64,000 nucleotides of DNA, from assembly GCA_943359325.1 (NCBI GenBank), contig CALRHD010000004.1:5836-69835 (forward strand), written 5' to 3'. Position 1 is the stretch's first letter; every line of letters begins with the position of its first letter. A program made the translations under genes and the position numbers. Shown in pieces: positions 24,553 to 33,782 of this stretch. The notes beneath the pieces are model-generated. The model ran no database searches. It saw nothing but the letters and a program-made list of their open reading frames with translations, and was not told the DNA's origin. The DNA is from Candidatus Uhrbacteria bacterium. GTDB taxonomy: Bacteria; Patescibacteriota; Patescibacteriia; UBA9934.

Positions 24553-25065
24553 ATGAAGTCCGTCATCCCACACGAACGTATCGAGAGCCGAATTTACATC
24601 ATTCGTGGGGTAAAAGTGATGCTCGACCGCGATCTTGCAGGTCTTTATGGCGTAAAAACCATGGTGCTCAACCAGGCGGTACGAAGAAACATTGAAAGGT
24701 TTCCTGATGATTTCATGTTTCAACTTACTAAAGAAGAATTCATAAATTGGAAATCACAAATTGTGATATCCAAATCCGACCGTAAAGGCTTACGAAAGAC
24801 ACCTCTCGTCTTTACTGAACAAGGAGTCGCCATGCTTTCAAGTGTGCTAAAGAGTAGGCAAGCTGTTGCGATCAATGTTCAGATCATGCGCACATTTATG
24901 AGAATCCGTGACATGGTTCGGAGCGACGAGCAGCTTCTGCGCCGCCTCGACTACATGGAGCAGCATTACGATCAACAGTTTAAAATTGTTTTCGACGCAC
25001 TCCGCAGTATGTACACGAGTAAGGACGAGCCTTCAGAGATTGGTTTTAAGGCGAAAAAATCTTAA
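24553..25065 (+). CDS. ORF6N-domain DNA-binding protein (phage antirepressor-like)
   Basis: IYIIRGVKVMLDRDLAGLYGVKTMVLNQAVRRNIERFPDDFMFQLTKEE matches the ORF6N domain signature. C-terminal coiled-coil region. The palindrome TCACAAATTGTGA occurs upstream (24507-24519) and inside the gene (24759-24771). Confidence 0.7.
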   Translation: MKSVIPHERIESRIYIIRGVKVMLDRDLAGLYGVKTMVLNQAVRRNIERFPDDFMFQLTKEEFINWKSQIVISKSDRKGLRKTPLVFTEQGVAMLSSVLKSRQAVAINVQIMRTFMRIRDMVRSDEQLLRRLDYMEQHYDQQFKIVFDALRSMYTSKDEPSEIGFKAKKS

Positions 25066-25076
25066 ATTAGGGCTCT

Positions 25077-25934
25077 ATGCGTTTTGGTGCACACGTGTCA
25101 GCGGCGGGAGGGCTTTGGAAGGCCGGACCAGCAGGGAAGGAACTGGGATGTGAAGTCATCCAAATATTTTCGCGTTCGCCACAAATGTTCCATGCAAAGC
25201 CCATTAGCAATGAAGACGCAGAAAAGTTTAAGGAGTCGATGAAAGAAAACGGCATCGAAGACGCCTATATTCATGCACCGTACATCGTGAACCTTGCGTC
25301 GGCGAAAAACACGACGCGTTTTGGTTCCGTAAAGATTCTCCGTGACGAATTGGAGCGCGGAACACAGCTTGGTGCAAAAGCGATCATGTTTCACCCCGGA
25401 TCAGCGAAGGAAGTCGGACAGGAAGCGGGTATTGAGGCCGTTATCAAAGGTCTCGATCGAATTCTCGATGGGTACGAGGGTTCATGCCAGCTCCTCATCG
25501 AAATCTCTGCTGGTGCTGGTGCGGTGATGGGAGATGCATTCGAAGAGATCGCTGCTTTCATCAACGGCGCAAAACGTGGAAAGGAAATCGGAGTCTGTTT
25601 TGATACCCAGCATGCGTTTGCCTCTGGATACGATCTTCGAACCAAAAAAGATGTCGACCAAACATTCGAAGACTTTGATCGCATAATCGGCCTCAAGAAG
25701 CTCGTCGCGTCACACTGCAACGATTCAAAGATAGAATTCGACGGCCACAAAGACCGCCACCAACACCTTGGGCACGGCTTCATTGGCGCGGACGCTTTCA
25801 AATTCATCGTCCACCACCCCAAACTCCAACACATCGACCTCATACTTGAAACACCGTTCGACGGCGAAGAAGAAAAGGGAAGTCGTGAAGAAGATATCGC
25901 GCTCTTAAAGAAATTTCGCAATGAAATGAAGTAA
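25077..25934 (+). CDS. nfo: deoxyribonuclease IV (endonuclease IV, AP endonuclease family 2)
   Basis: 285 aa. TIM-barrel xylose-isomerase-like fold signatures (MRFGAHVSAAGGL...HAPYIVNLAS...HCNDSK). Confidence 0.85.
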   Translation: MRFGAHVSAAGGLWKAGPAGKELGCEVIQIFSRSPQMFHAKPISNEDAEKFKESMKENGIEDAYIHAPYIVNLASAKNTTRFGSVKILRDELERGTQLGAKAIMFHPGSAKEVGQEAGIEAVIKGLDRILDGYEGSCQLLIEISAGAGAVMGDAFEEIAAFINGAKRGKEIGVCFDTQHAFASGYDLRTKKDVDQTFEDFDRIIGLKKLVASHCNDSKIEFDGHKDRHQHLGHGFIGADAFKFIVHHPKLQHIDLILETPFDGEEEKGSREEDIALLKKFRNEMK

Positions 25935-25935
25935 T

Positions 25936-26187
25936 GTGATTATCACGATTCACGTCAAACCCAACGCAAAAGTCACTAGGGTCGTCGGTGTGCTCGATGT
26001 CCGAACGTTTATTATTGCGCTTCATGCCCCTGCAACAGAAGGTAAAGCGAATGATGCGCTTATCACGTTTTTAAGTGAAGCGCTCGATATTGCAAAAACG
26101 TTTATCGTCATAAAACGCGGCCACGGCAGTCGCATAAAACAGATCGAAATCCCCGACGATACAAGCCTCGCCGCACTTCGTGGATAA
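25936..26187 (+). CDS. DUF167/YggU-family small protein
   Basis: 83 aa: IHVKPNAKVTRVVGV...EGKANDALITFLSEALDIAKTFIVIKRGHGSRIKQIEI matches UPF0235. Confidence 0.8.
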   Translation: MIITIHVKPNAKVTRVVGVLDVRTFIIALHAPATEGKANDALITFLSEALDIAKTFIVIKRGHGSRIKQIEIPDDTSLAALRG

Positions 26188-26229
26188 CACTCTTGACGTG
26201 CGAGACGAAAGGGCTATCATGAAGATGAA

Positions 26230-26280
26230 GAGACTCCTCATCCTAGCGCCGTGGGATGAGGAGTCGTCTATTTTTTCGTC
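26230..26280. terminator. bidirectional terminator between yggU-like (+) and yidD (-)
   Basis: 12-bp inverted repeat AGACTCCTCATCC/GGATGAGGAGTC followed by T-runs on the plus strand. Confidence 0.7.
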
Positions 26281-26285
26281 TTTTT

Positions 26286-26549
26286 TTACGGCAAATCTAC
26301 ACCACCTTTTGTAAACGGATGGCAACGGAGAATTCGATATACACCCTTTGAAGAACCGACGACAATACCGTTTTTCATGACCGCCTGTCGCGTAAATTCC
26401 GAACACGATGGATAAAATGGACAAAATCCGTGAGGGAACATTCCCTTCATGGGTCCGTGATCAAACGACAATGTTTTTTGGTACAGCTGAATCGGGGCGC
26501 AGTAACTTCGCCTTAGTAAGGACGCGCAAAAGTCTCGACTCTTTTTCAT
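26286..26549 (-). CDS. yidD: membrane protein insertion efficiency factor YidD
   Basis: LYQKTLSF...CPFYPSCSEFTRQAVMKNGIVVGSSKGVYRILRCHPFTKGGVDLP matches the YidD signature. The start at 26549 overlaps the rnpA 3-prime end by about 89 nt, so the true start may be further downstream. Confidence 0.7.
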   Translation of the reverse strand: MKKSRDFCASLLRRSYCAPIQLYQKTLSFDHGPMKGMFPHGFCPFYPSCSEFTRQAVMKNGIVVGSSKGVYRILRCHPFTKGGVDLP

Positions 26550-26835
26550 GATAGTCGAGATCGATCGCAAGTTTTGACGTGAGAAGAAGGACGTCATAGC
26601 CGGGAAGGATACGTGGGAGAAAAAGGCGAATGATTTCTCGATATTGTCGCCGAACGCGGTTGCGGACAACTGCGCTTTTACTCACTTTTGTTCCCACGAC
26701 AACTGCAAAGCGCGAATGCTTTTGTTTGTTCGGCGTAACCTTCGCACCACACGCGTCGTCGAACACACTCAACTTTGCTCGAAGGGTGCGAGCAATATCC
26801 TGATCATGGCGAAGCCGGTGCTGCATGGTCAACAT
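26461..26835 (-). CDS. rnpA: ribonuclease P protein component
   Basis: 124 aa: MLTMQHRLRHDQDIARTLR...FAVVVGTKVSKSAVVRNRVRRQYREIIRL... matches RnpA. Only the C-terminal third of the 323-aa ORF is real. Confidence 0.85.
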   Translation of the reverse strand: MLTMQHRLRHDQDIARTLRAKLSVFDDACGAKVTPNKQKHSRFAVVVGTKVSKSAVVRNRVRRQYREIIRLFLPRILPGYDVLLLTSKLAIDLDYHEKESRLLRVLTKAKLLRPDSAVPKNIVV

Positions 26836-26878
26836 AGAGGGAGTATACACAAAACCGCGCAAACGCGCGGCAGTGTGA

Positions 26879-27031
26879 TTATCGTGGGCGTGCAACAACT
26901 GTAAGACGCTTTCGACCCTTTGCGCGACGGCGCTTGAGTGTGGCGCGACCATCCTTTGTGAGCATCCGCTTTCGGAAGCCGTGCACCCTCGCACGAGCTC
27001 GCTTTTTTGGTTGATAGGTTCGCTTAGGCAT
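26879..27031 (-). CDS. rpmH: 50S ribosomal protein L34
   Basis: 50 aa: [50 protein letters not shown]. Confidence 0.9.
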   Translation of the reverse strand: MPKRTYQPKKRARARVHGFRKRMLTKDGRATLKRRRAKGRKRLTVVARPR

Positions 27032-27103
27032 AAAAGTAGAGTGAGTATAGGTCGCCCGCAAATAAATGTCAAAGTTTCTGCGTGTTGTGTACAAGTTCCG
27101 ACT

Positions 27104-27182
27104 TTATCCACATATTTTACCGAGTTATCCACAGTTACAATGATTTTAAGCAAAATTCTGTGGGGTTGAGGGGTGTGGATAT
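27104..27182. promoter_or_regulatory. DnaA boxes upstream of dnaA (two perfect TTATCCACA at 27104-27112 and 27125-27133, a near-perfect reverse box at 27174-27182); candidate -10 TACAAT at 27135-27140 overlapped by a box
   Basis: Read directly. Typical autoregulated dnaA promoter architecture. Confidence 0.6.
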
Positions 27183-27258
27183 GTAGGCTATGATGTGCCC
27201 AGTCGTTGGAATGAGGTCGCTTTTTTTCGCGACCTAGCCATCGCGTACTCCGCCAATT

Positions 27259-28644
27259 ATGAACACCCATGAACTCTGGCAGGCCGTACTCGGAGACCTT
27301 GAGCTGAAGACAAGCAAGGCAAATTTCTCTGCGTGGTTTCATAACACGTTTGTCAGTGAGTATTGTGCCGGCGAAGTGATCATTGGCGTTCCCAACACCA
27401 TTTGTAAGGATTGGATGGAAAAGCGTCACCATCGCGACATTATCGAAGCGATACAGAATGCAACAAACATCGCCGTGCGTAGCCTCGTCTACCGCGTTGA
27501 AACAAAAAACTCCCTCCCCACACCTATTATTCTCCGCGTTGAAACGCCCGTGGCAAAACAGGAGGACTATGGTTTTGTCACCACGCAGGGTGGTGTTGTC
27601 GATGCACCGCCCACAAGCAACATTTCGCTCAACAGCACATACTCATTCAGCAATTTCGTTGTTGGTAAGCAAAACGAGCTCGCGCATGCTGCGGCTCAGG
27701 CCGTTGCCGCACAACCCGGAGGCACCTACAATCCGCTTTTTGTGTATGGCGGTGTCGGACTGGGTAAAACCCATCTTCTTCACGCGATTGCGAATGAAAT
27801 GCGCCGTAAAAACCCGAATGTCCGCGTTGTGTATGTCACCTGCGAGCATTTTACAAACGACTTCATTCACTCCGTCCGTATTGGAAAGGGCAAGGAGTTC
27901 AAAGATCGCTATCGTGGTGCTGATCTGCTCTTAATCGACGATATTCAATTTATTACCGGCAAAGAGGGAACGCAGGAAGAATTTTTTCACACGTTTAACA
28001 CCCTCCACCAAGAAAACAAACAAATCGTCATTTCGTCAGACCGTCCTCCGAAAGCAATCCCGTCACTCGAAAAACGCCTCCAATCGCGCCTTGAGTGGGG
28101 AATGCTCGTCGACGTTGGCACGCCCGACCTTGAAACACGCATCGCGATTCTCCAAAAAAAGTGTATGGAGAAAGGGGTGGCACTCGACCATGAAATTCTG
28201 CACTACGCCGCATCCACAATCTATTCAAACATTCGTGAGCTCGAGGGCGCACTCAATAAAATTATCGCATACCACCAGTTCAAAAACATATTGCCAACGC
28301 TCGAGAGCGTCAAACCCATTCTTGCGAGCTTCGAGTCCGAGAATACAAAAAAAACGGTCACACCACGTCAGCTCATTCACATCGTTTCGGAATATTTCGA
28401 CCTTGCAATAGAAGAAATTCTCGGAAAAAGTCGCGAAAAACGTCTTGCCTTCCCACGACAAATCATCATGTATCTCCTTCGTGAAGAAATGAAGAGTTCG
28501 TATCCGTCGATTGGCAGCGAGCTTGGTGGTCGCGACCATACCACCGCAATGCACGCCTACACAAAAATCTCTGGCCTCATGCATAAGGACGATCGCCTGC
28601 AAAAAGATATGGAGCTAATTAAACAGCGCCTCTACACATCATGA
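27259..28644 (+). CDS. dnaA: chromosomal replication initiator protein DnaA
   Basis: 461 aa. Domain I (MNTHELWQAVLGDLELK), AAA+ Walker A GGVGLGKTHLL, domain IV HTH (MYLLREEMKSSYPSIGSELGGRDHTTAMHA). Confidence 0.95.
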   Translation: MNTHELWQAVLGDLELKTSKANFSAWFHNTFVSEYCAGEVIIGVPNTICKDWMEKRHHRDIIEAIQNATNIAVRSLVYRVETKNSLPTPIILRVETPVAKQEDYGFVTTQGGVVDAPPTSNISLNSTYSFSNFVVGKQNELAHAAAQAVAAQPGGTYNPLFVYGGVGLGKTHLLHAIANEMRRKNPNVRVVYVTCEHFTNDFIHSVRIGKGKEFKDRYRGADLLLIDDIQFITGKEGTQEEFFHTFNTLHQENKQIVISSDRPPKAIPSLEKRLQSRLEWGMLVDVGTPDLETRIAILQKKCMEKGVALDHEILHYAASTIYSNIRELEGALNKIIAYHQFKNILPTLESVKPILASFESENTKKTVTPRQLIHIVSEYFDLAIEEILGKSREKRLAFPRQIIMYLLREEMKSSYPSIGSELGGRDHTTAMHAYTKISGLMHKDDRLQKDMELIKQRLYTS

Positions 28645-28902
28645 CCTATCCACAGAATTTGTGGATAATGCTGTGGGCAACACCGTGTACAACTATGTGT
28701 GTTCGCCTGTGACAGAAAAGCACATAACGTGCGTCGCAAAACATCTCAAGAGTTATCCCTTCCCTCACCACCACATTCATCGCCGCTTACACACAGTCGC
28801 CTACGCCATTTTCAAAAAGCAGAGTAGGCCGGAATCCACTTATGAGACTTATCCCCCTCCTTACAAGTTACTGTTACTAAAAAGTTTTAAAATATCACTC
28901 AC
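28645..28902. other. putative oriC between dnaA and dnaN: DnaA boxes (TATCCACA at 28647, perfect reverse TGTGGATAA at 28660-28668, weaker boxes) plus an AT-rich stretch before dnaN
   Basis: Boxes and the AT-rich tract ttactgttactaaaaagttttaaaatatcac read directly. Position is conserved in many bacteria. Confidence 0.55.
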
Positions 28903-30039
28903 ATGAAATTTTCCTGTACGAGAGAGAACCTTTATCAGGGTCTCGCTATCACAAGTCACCTAGGAGCGAGGGCAGTAAACCTTCCCATTCTTAATAATGT
29001 TCTTTTAAAGGCAGATAACGTCGGACTTAAACTTACTGCAACAACAATAGACCTTACGGTTACCTGTCTTGTTCGCGGAAAAGTCGACCAGCAAGGGGAA
29101 TATACTGTTCCTGCGAAACTTTTTTATGATTACGTGAATCTTTTGCCGAGTGAGCGTGTGGACCTTGATTTGCTCGACAAGGCGATTTCCGTTGTGTGCA
29201 CAGGGTCGAAAACGAAAATCGTTGGTATGCCCGCTGCAGACTTTCCGTTTGTGCCGCAGGTGACGGGAGGAGCGATCTTTCACGTTCCTGTTGCGGCGTT
29301 CGATGTGGCGCTCTCACAGGTGTTATTTGCGATTGCGACAAACGAATCACGACCCGACATTACGGGCGTGTGCATGAAATTTTCGACAGAGGGTGGTATA
29401 CGGACGCTGACGCTTGCGGCGACAGATAGTTATAGGCTCGCAGAGCGTGTTGTGCCTGTTGCGGATGGCGCCGACGACACGCGGCAGATTATCATGCTCG
29501 GGAGAGCGCTCGCTGAGCTTCGTGTGATTTTCAGTGTCCTTCGTGACAGTGTCGACGCACCAGAAAACATAGAACTTGAAGTGACCGACAGTCAGGTTGC
29601 GTTCCGCTTTGGGAACGTTGAACTTATTTCCCGTACTATCGACGGAAAGTATCCTGACTACAAACAGATTATTCCAACAAAATCACAAACTGAGATTATT
29701 TTGTCGCGCCAAGCACTCGTGCAGGCGGTGAAACGGGCAAGCCTCTTCTCGAAAATTGGGCTTTTTGATGTTCGTCTCGAGATTCAGCCCGACGTAAGGG
29801 GTATTGTGCTTTCTGCAACCGATGCAGATAGAGGAGAAAACACCGTGACACTCGAAGGCGACGTGACCGGCCCTGTAAATGTCATGGTTTTGAACTATCG
29901 CTATCTCCTCGACGGCCTGAACGCCATTTCAACCGAAAAAGTTGCCGTTCGCATGGTCGACGGCTTCAGCCCGTGCGTTCTTGTCCCACAGGGCTCAACA
30001 GACGCCTACCTCTACATCATCATGCCGATTCGGCAGTAG
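28903..30039 (+). CDS. dnaN: DNA polymerase III beta sliding clamp
   Basis: 378 aa. Three-domain beta-clamp pattern (MKFSCTRENLYQGLAITSHLGARAVNLPILNNVLLKA...). Confidence 0.9.
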   Translation: MKFSCTRENLYQGLAITSHLGARAVNLPILNNVLLKADNVGLKLTATTIDLTVTCLVRGKVDQQGEYTVPAKLFYDYVNLLPSERVDLDLLDKAISVVCTGSKTKIVGMPAADFPFVPQVTGGAIFHVPVAAFDVALSQVLFAIATNESRPDITGVCMKFSTEGGIRTLTLAATDSYRLAERVVPVADGADDTRQIIMLGRALAELRVIFSVLRDSVDAPENIELEVTDSQVAFRFGNVELISRTIDGKYPDYKQIIPTKSQTEIILSRQALVQAVKRASLFSKIGLFDVRLEIQPDVRGIVLSATDADRGENTVTLEGDVTGPVNVMVLNYRYLLDGLNAISTEKVAVRMVDGFSPCVLVPQGSTDAYLYIIMPIRQ

Positions 30040-30045
30040 GGAAGG

Positions 30046-32946
30046 TTACGGCACTACGGTTTCAACGATCGACGTCACTGTACCTGAGATGGATTCCCTT
30101 ACGAACACACGGACAGGTGTAGCGTCGGCAGTTGTGGTGTCGTTGTAGGTGGCAGTTGCGCTTATGACATACTCCGCCTCGCTGGGTAGCGACCACGACA
30201 CCGCATTAATCGACGACGGGCTCACAACGATTGCAATCTCTGATATCGCGCCCGTCCAGAGGTTTTTTGCGCTCACCGTTAGCGCCGTCGCATTCGCTGC
30301 ATTCGCGAGCTCTACGGAAATCGTGTAGGTCGCCGATGTTTTCTCGATGGTTTGATTGCTGAACGGATTTGTTATCAGTGGTCCTTCGATACCATTGCCC
30401 GCCTCAGTAACGGTCACTGTAACATCGTCGCTCGCATTGTTATCAACATCATCGTATACGGTTGCGGAAAGCGTGTGGTTGCCTTGTGCGACCCACGACG
30501 GAAGCGTCACGATGTCGCCATCCATGTTTGTGCTGCTCCCCACATACGTTCCGTCGACGTTGAATTCGATACGCGAAAACTCTCTGTGCAACTCAACGCG
30601 ATATTCGACGCCAAACGAGCGGCCAACATCGCTATGGTTGTTCGGATTTTTTATGGTGATTTCAGGAGTATTTCGCGGGGTATGGATATCATCTTCTTCG
30701 GTCGGCACCGTGCAACTTTCATACGGCACCTCGCCGTCCTTCAGCGTCGCATTGTGGCGCGTAATAAAGTCGGCAATGGCTGCTTCCCACGTTGCGTAGT
30801 ACGGATCGCGGCTTGGGTCGAGCGGCGCCATGCCACGCGGATCGTCCTTGTTGATGTAGTGAAGAATGCTGTGGTACTCGCCGCACGCCACGGTTTTGCG
30901 GAATCGTTCAGGCGTGTGTTCTGTTGCTAATTTGCCAGAAACGGTGTCGATCGTGACGGTTTGCGTAGGCATAACGCCGTCAAGGACGGGTTTTCCTGTC
31001 ATGGGGATTTCTGCAGCGGGGAATGACTCTACGGCCGTTCCTGCAAGCGCTTTTTGCATGTACTGGTGCCAAATTGGTGCAGCGACAATACTGCCGTCGG
31101 CGCGGTTATTCATCTGTGTGCCGTCGGTGTTCCCAACCCAAACGCCCGCAACGAGAGACGGTGTGTAGCCCATTGTCCACGCGTCGTTGTAATCGTTTGT
31201 TGTACCCGTTTTTGCGGCAATAGGGCGGTCGGAAAGGTAGAGGAGATTACTTGCACCGAAAACATATTCGCGACTCGCTTCGTCGGAAAGCACATTCGAG
31301 GTGATGGCGGTAATCGCACTATCAAGCACGCGTTCGCCTTCATGTTCCTCGGGCTTGAATTCGTCGATTACATTGCCGTCCGAATCTTCGACCTTGAGAA
31401 TCCCGACGATGTCACGTTTTGTGCCGTTGTTCGCAAGCGTTGCGTAAGCGCGTGCATGCTCGATGAGCTCGACTTCACCGCCACCGAGCACAAGCGAGAG
31501 ACCGTAGTTTGAACGGTCGGTAAGCGTGGTGTAACCCATGCGGTTGAGGAAATCGAGCGCGCGATTTACGCCGACCAAATACAGTGTCTGAACCGCGGGG
31601 AGGTTGAGAGAGCCTTGGAGCGCTTTTCGCATGGTAAGCGGCCCGCGCTCGCCACCGTCATAATTATGTGGCGCATACGGACCAGTTGCAGTGGGGTATG
31701 TGGTGTTTACATCCCATAAAATGGTGTTTGGCGTGTACCCCTTTTCAAACGCAGCGGTATAAATAAGCGGTTTCATGCTTGAACCAGGCTGGAGTGGACG
31801 CAAGGTGACGTTCACTTGCCCCTGTATATCGTCGTTAAAATAGTCCGCACTTCCCACCATCGCAAGGACTTCTCCGGTTTTCGGGTCGAGCGATACAAGT
31901 CCCGCGTTGTTGAAGCCGTATCGTTCGCTGTTGAGTCCCATGCCGTATGCAACCGCGTCCTGTGCGATGGTTTGTTTGTTATAGTCGAGTGTTGTCGTGA
32001 CACGCAGCCCGCCTGTTTCAATATTACGGTCAGGGTACGTTTCTTCAAGAAGCTGTTTGACCCACATGACGAAGTGTGGCGCAGTTTTAAGACCAGCTTC
32101 TTTGGGAATAATCGTTGTATCTTCCGTTTTTGCAACGTCAACATCGGCTTGTGATGCGTAACCAAGTTCGGCCATGCCGTCGAGCACCCAGTCGCGACGT
32201 GCGGTGAGCATGTCGGGGTTGTTCAGATAACGCGTGGGTTGGCGAACGATCGCGGAAAGTGTCGCACACTCGGCGAGATCGAGGTCCTTCGCGCTTTTAT
32301 CAAAATACGCATTCGATGCAGCCTCAATTCCGTAGTTAGTGGAACCGTATCCGATTTCGTTAAAATACATCTGAAGAATCTGCTCCTTTGAAAAATTACG
32401 CTCAATCGCAAGAGATAAAATAATTTCCTTGAATTTGCGAGTAAACGTGCGTTCGTTGGTGAGAATGGCATTTTTGACGAGCTGCTGCGTGATTGTTGAT
32501 GCACCTTGTGCGCGGTTGAGGTGAACGATGTCGCTAAAAATTGCACGGGCAATACCTCGGAGATCGATGCCGTTGTGCGTGAGAAAGCTGCGATCCTCGG
32601 CGGTAATAGTTGCGTCAATGAGGTTGGCGGGAAGCTCGTCGTATGTGATAAGCGTGCGTTTTTCGTCGCCCGAAACTTCGTAGAGCAAATGCTCGCCCGT
32701 GCGATCGTAGATTTTGGTAGTCTGGGAGACGTCCTGGAAAAGGAGTGAATTAGGGTCAGGAAGGGTGTGTGAAATCCATGCGTAGGCAAGGAGAAAGAGA
32801 ATAGCAAAGCCGAAAAACGCGACAAAAGCTGTAAGGATGACGTTTTTTATGAGTGTTTTTTTGTCGACTTTGATAAATGCCGCCTTGAAGAGTCGCCCGA
32901 AGCGGGATTTGGAAAGATGGGAACGGTATTGCGAATATCGCTGCAT
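30046..32946 (-). CDS. class A penicillin-binding protein (PBP1A: transglycosylase plus transpeptidase) with a roughly 250-aa C-terminal Ig-like extension
   Basis: GT51 motifs (EDRSFLTHNGIDL, GASTITQQLVKN). Transpeptidase SSMKP motif. N-terminal TM. ATG at 32946 was preferred over the TTG at 33027 given by the ORF track. Confidence 0.85.
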   Translation of the reverse strand: MQRYSQYRSHLSKSRFGRLFKAAFIKVDKKTLIKNVILTAFVAFFGFAILFLLAYAWISHTLPDPNSLLFQDVSQTTKIYDRTGEHLLYEVSGDEKRTLITYDELPANLIDATITAEDRSFLTHNGIDLRGIARAIFSDIVHLNRAQGASTITQQLVKNAILTNERTFTRKFKEIILSLAIERNFSKEQILQMYFNEIGYGSTNYGIEAASNAYFDKSAKDLDLAECATLSAIVRQPTRYLNNPDMLTARRDWVLDGMAELGYASQADVDVAKTEDTTIIPKEAGLKTAPHFVMWVKQLLEETYPDRNIETGGLRVTTTLDYNKQTIAQDAVAYGMGLNSERYGFNNAGLVSLDPKTGEVLAMVGSADYFNDDIQGQVNVTLRPLQPGSSMKPLIYTAAFEKGYTPNTILWDVNTTYPTATGPYAPHNYDGGERGPLTMRKALQGSLNLPAVQTLYLVGVNRALDFLNRMGYTTLTDRSNYGLSLVLGGGEVELIEHARAYATLANNGTKRDIVGILKVEDSDGNVIDEFKPEEHEGERVLDSAITAITSNVLSDEASREYVFGASNLLYLSDRPIAAKTGTTNDYNDAWTMGYTPSLVAGVWVGNTDGTQMNNRADGSIVAAPIWHQYMQKALAGTAVESFPAAEIPMTGKPVLDGVMPTQTVTIDTVSGKLATEHTPERFRKTVACGEYHSILHYINKDDPRGMAPLDPSRDPYYATWEAAIADFITRHNATLKDGEVPYESCTVPTEEDDIHTPRNTPEITIKNPNNHSDVGRSFGVEYRVELHREFSRIEFNVDGTYVGSSTNMDGDIVTLPSWVAQGNHTLSATVYDDVDNNASDDVTVTVTEAGNGIEGPLITNPFSNQTIEKTSATYTISVELANAANATALTVSAKNLWTGAISEIAIVVSPSSINAVSWSLPSEAEYVISATATYNDTTTADATPVRVFVRESISGTVTSIVETVVP

Positions 32947-33010
32947 AAAGCGGAAGTCCCGATCTACGGGAAGGATACGTTTGACTCGTGGATGGAGTAT
33001 AGAAAATTTT

Positions 33011-33058
33011 TTGCGAAAATGCAACAAAAGATAGCCAAAATTTGGCTAATATTCGCAA
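33011..33058. promoter_or_regulatory. nested palindrome TTGCGAA...TAGCCAA-aat-TTGGCTA...TTCGCAA between the PBP1A and 3D-domain genes
   Basis: Inner 17-bp perfect palindrome at 33032-33048 flanked by outer inverted repeats TTGCGAA/TTCGCAA. Shares half-sites with the motif at 23126. Confidence 0.45.
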
Positions 33059-33076
33059 AGTCAAGCCCTGTTTTGA

Positions 33077-33105
33077 TTGACGATTAGGGGTTAAAATGCT
33101 AGAAT
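33077..33105 (+). promoter_or_regulatory. sigma70-like promoter TTGACG-17-TAGAAT for the 3D-domain gene
   Basis: Hexamers read directly. A GGAGG RBS 8 nt before the GTG at 33134. Confidence 0.5.
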
Positions 33106-33133
33106 GACAAAGTCATCTCGGAGGAGTTCTGAG

Positions 33134-33682
33134 GTGTTTTTGTTTCAGTCTATGAAAAATCTTCGCATACAGTCATTCGTCCATACCGCAAAGCAGTCTC
33201 CTATCGAGATTGCTATTGTGGCGGTCATGGTATTCGCACTGTTTGTCGGCATTATGCCGAACATAGTAGAGGCAGACGAACGTCCTGCGGAGTTTGCTTT
33301 TATCGATAAATTGACGTCGCTCCGCATTGCGTCCATGCAGAACCAGGTCAAACAATACGGTGTATTTCCGAAGTCTGATCTTCGTGGTCCGTCGTATACA
33401 ATGACTGTTCCTGCAACGGCGTATAATAGTGAGATTGGCCAAACGGACAGCACGCCATTTATTACGGCGTCTGGGACACATGTTCGCCCAGGAGTGATTG
33501 CGGCAAACTTTTTGCCTATCGGTACGCGTGTGAAGATCCCCGATCTTTACGGCGATCAGGTGTTCGTTGTTGAAGACCGTATGAACGCCCGTTACCACAA
33601 ACGTGTCGACATTTGGATGGAACATCATGCGGACGCCATTGCATTTGGTGTGAAAAACATTGCCATCGAGGTTTACAACTAA
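33134..33682 (+). CDS. 3D-domain (MltA/RlpA-like double-psi barrel) protein, membrane-anchored
   Basis: TAYNSEIGQTDSTPFITASGTHVRPGVIAANFLPIGTRVKIPDLYGDQVFVVEDRMNARYHKRVDIWM is a typical 3D domain. The ORF-track ATG at 33104 lies inside the -10 element, so GTG 33134 or ATG 33152 is the likely start. Confidence 0.75.
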   Translation: MFLFQSMKNLRIQSFVHTAKQSPIEIAIVAVMVFALFVGIMPNIVEADERPAEFAFIDKLTSLRIASMQNQVKQYGVFPKSDLRGPSYTMTVPATAYNSEIGQTDSTPFITASGTHVRPGVIAANFLPIGTRVKIPDLYGDQVFVVEDRMNARYHKRVDIWMEHHADAIAFGVKNIAIEVYN

Positions 33683-33782
33683 CAACAAAGCAGGCGCTTC
33701 GGCGCCTGTTTTGTTTTACGCGTCTCGGACGCGAATACTCGACTCTTGTAGGGTTATTTGTTGTCGGGTATCATTTCTATAT

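Noticed and set aside
26071-26424. 117-aa minus-strand ORF between yggU-like and yidD
   Set aside because: Overlaps the DUF167 gene and the bidirectional terminator. Cys/Phe-rich. No support.
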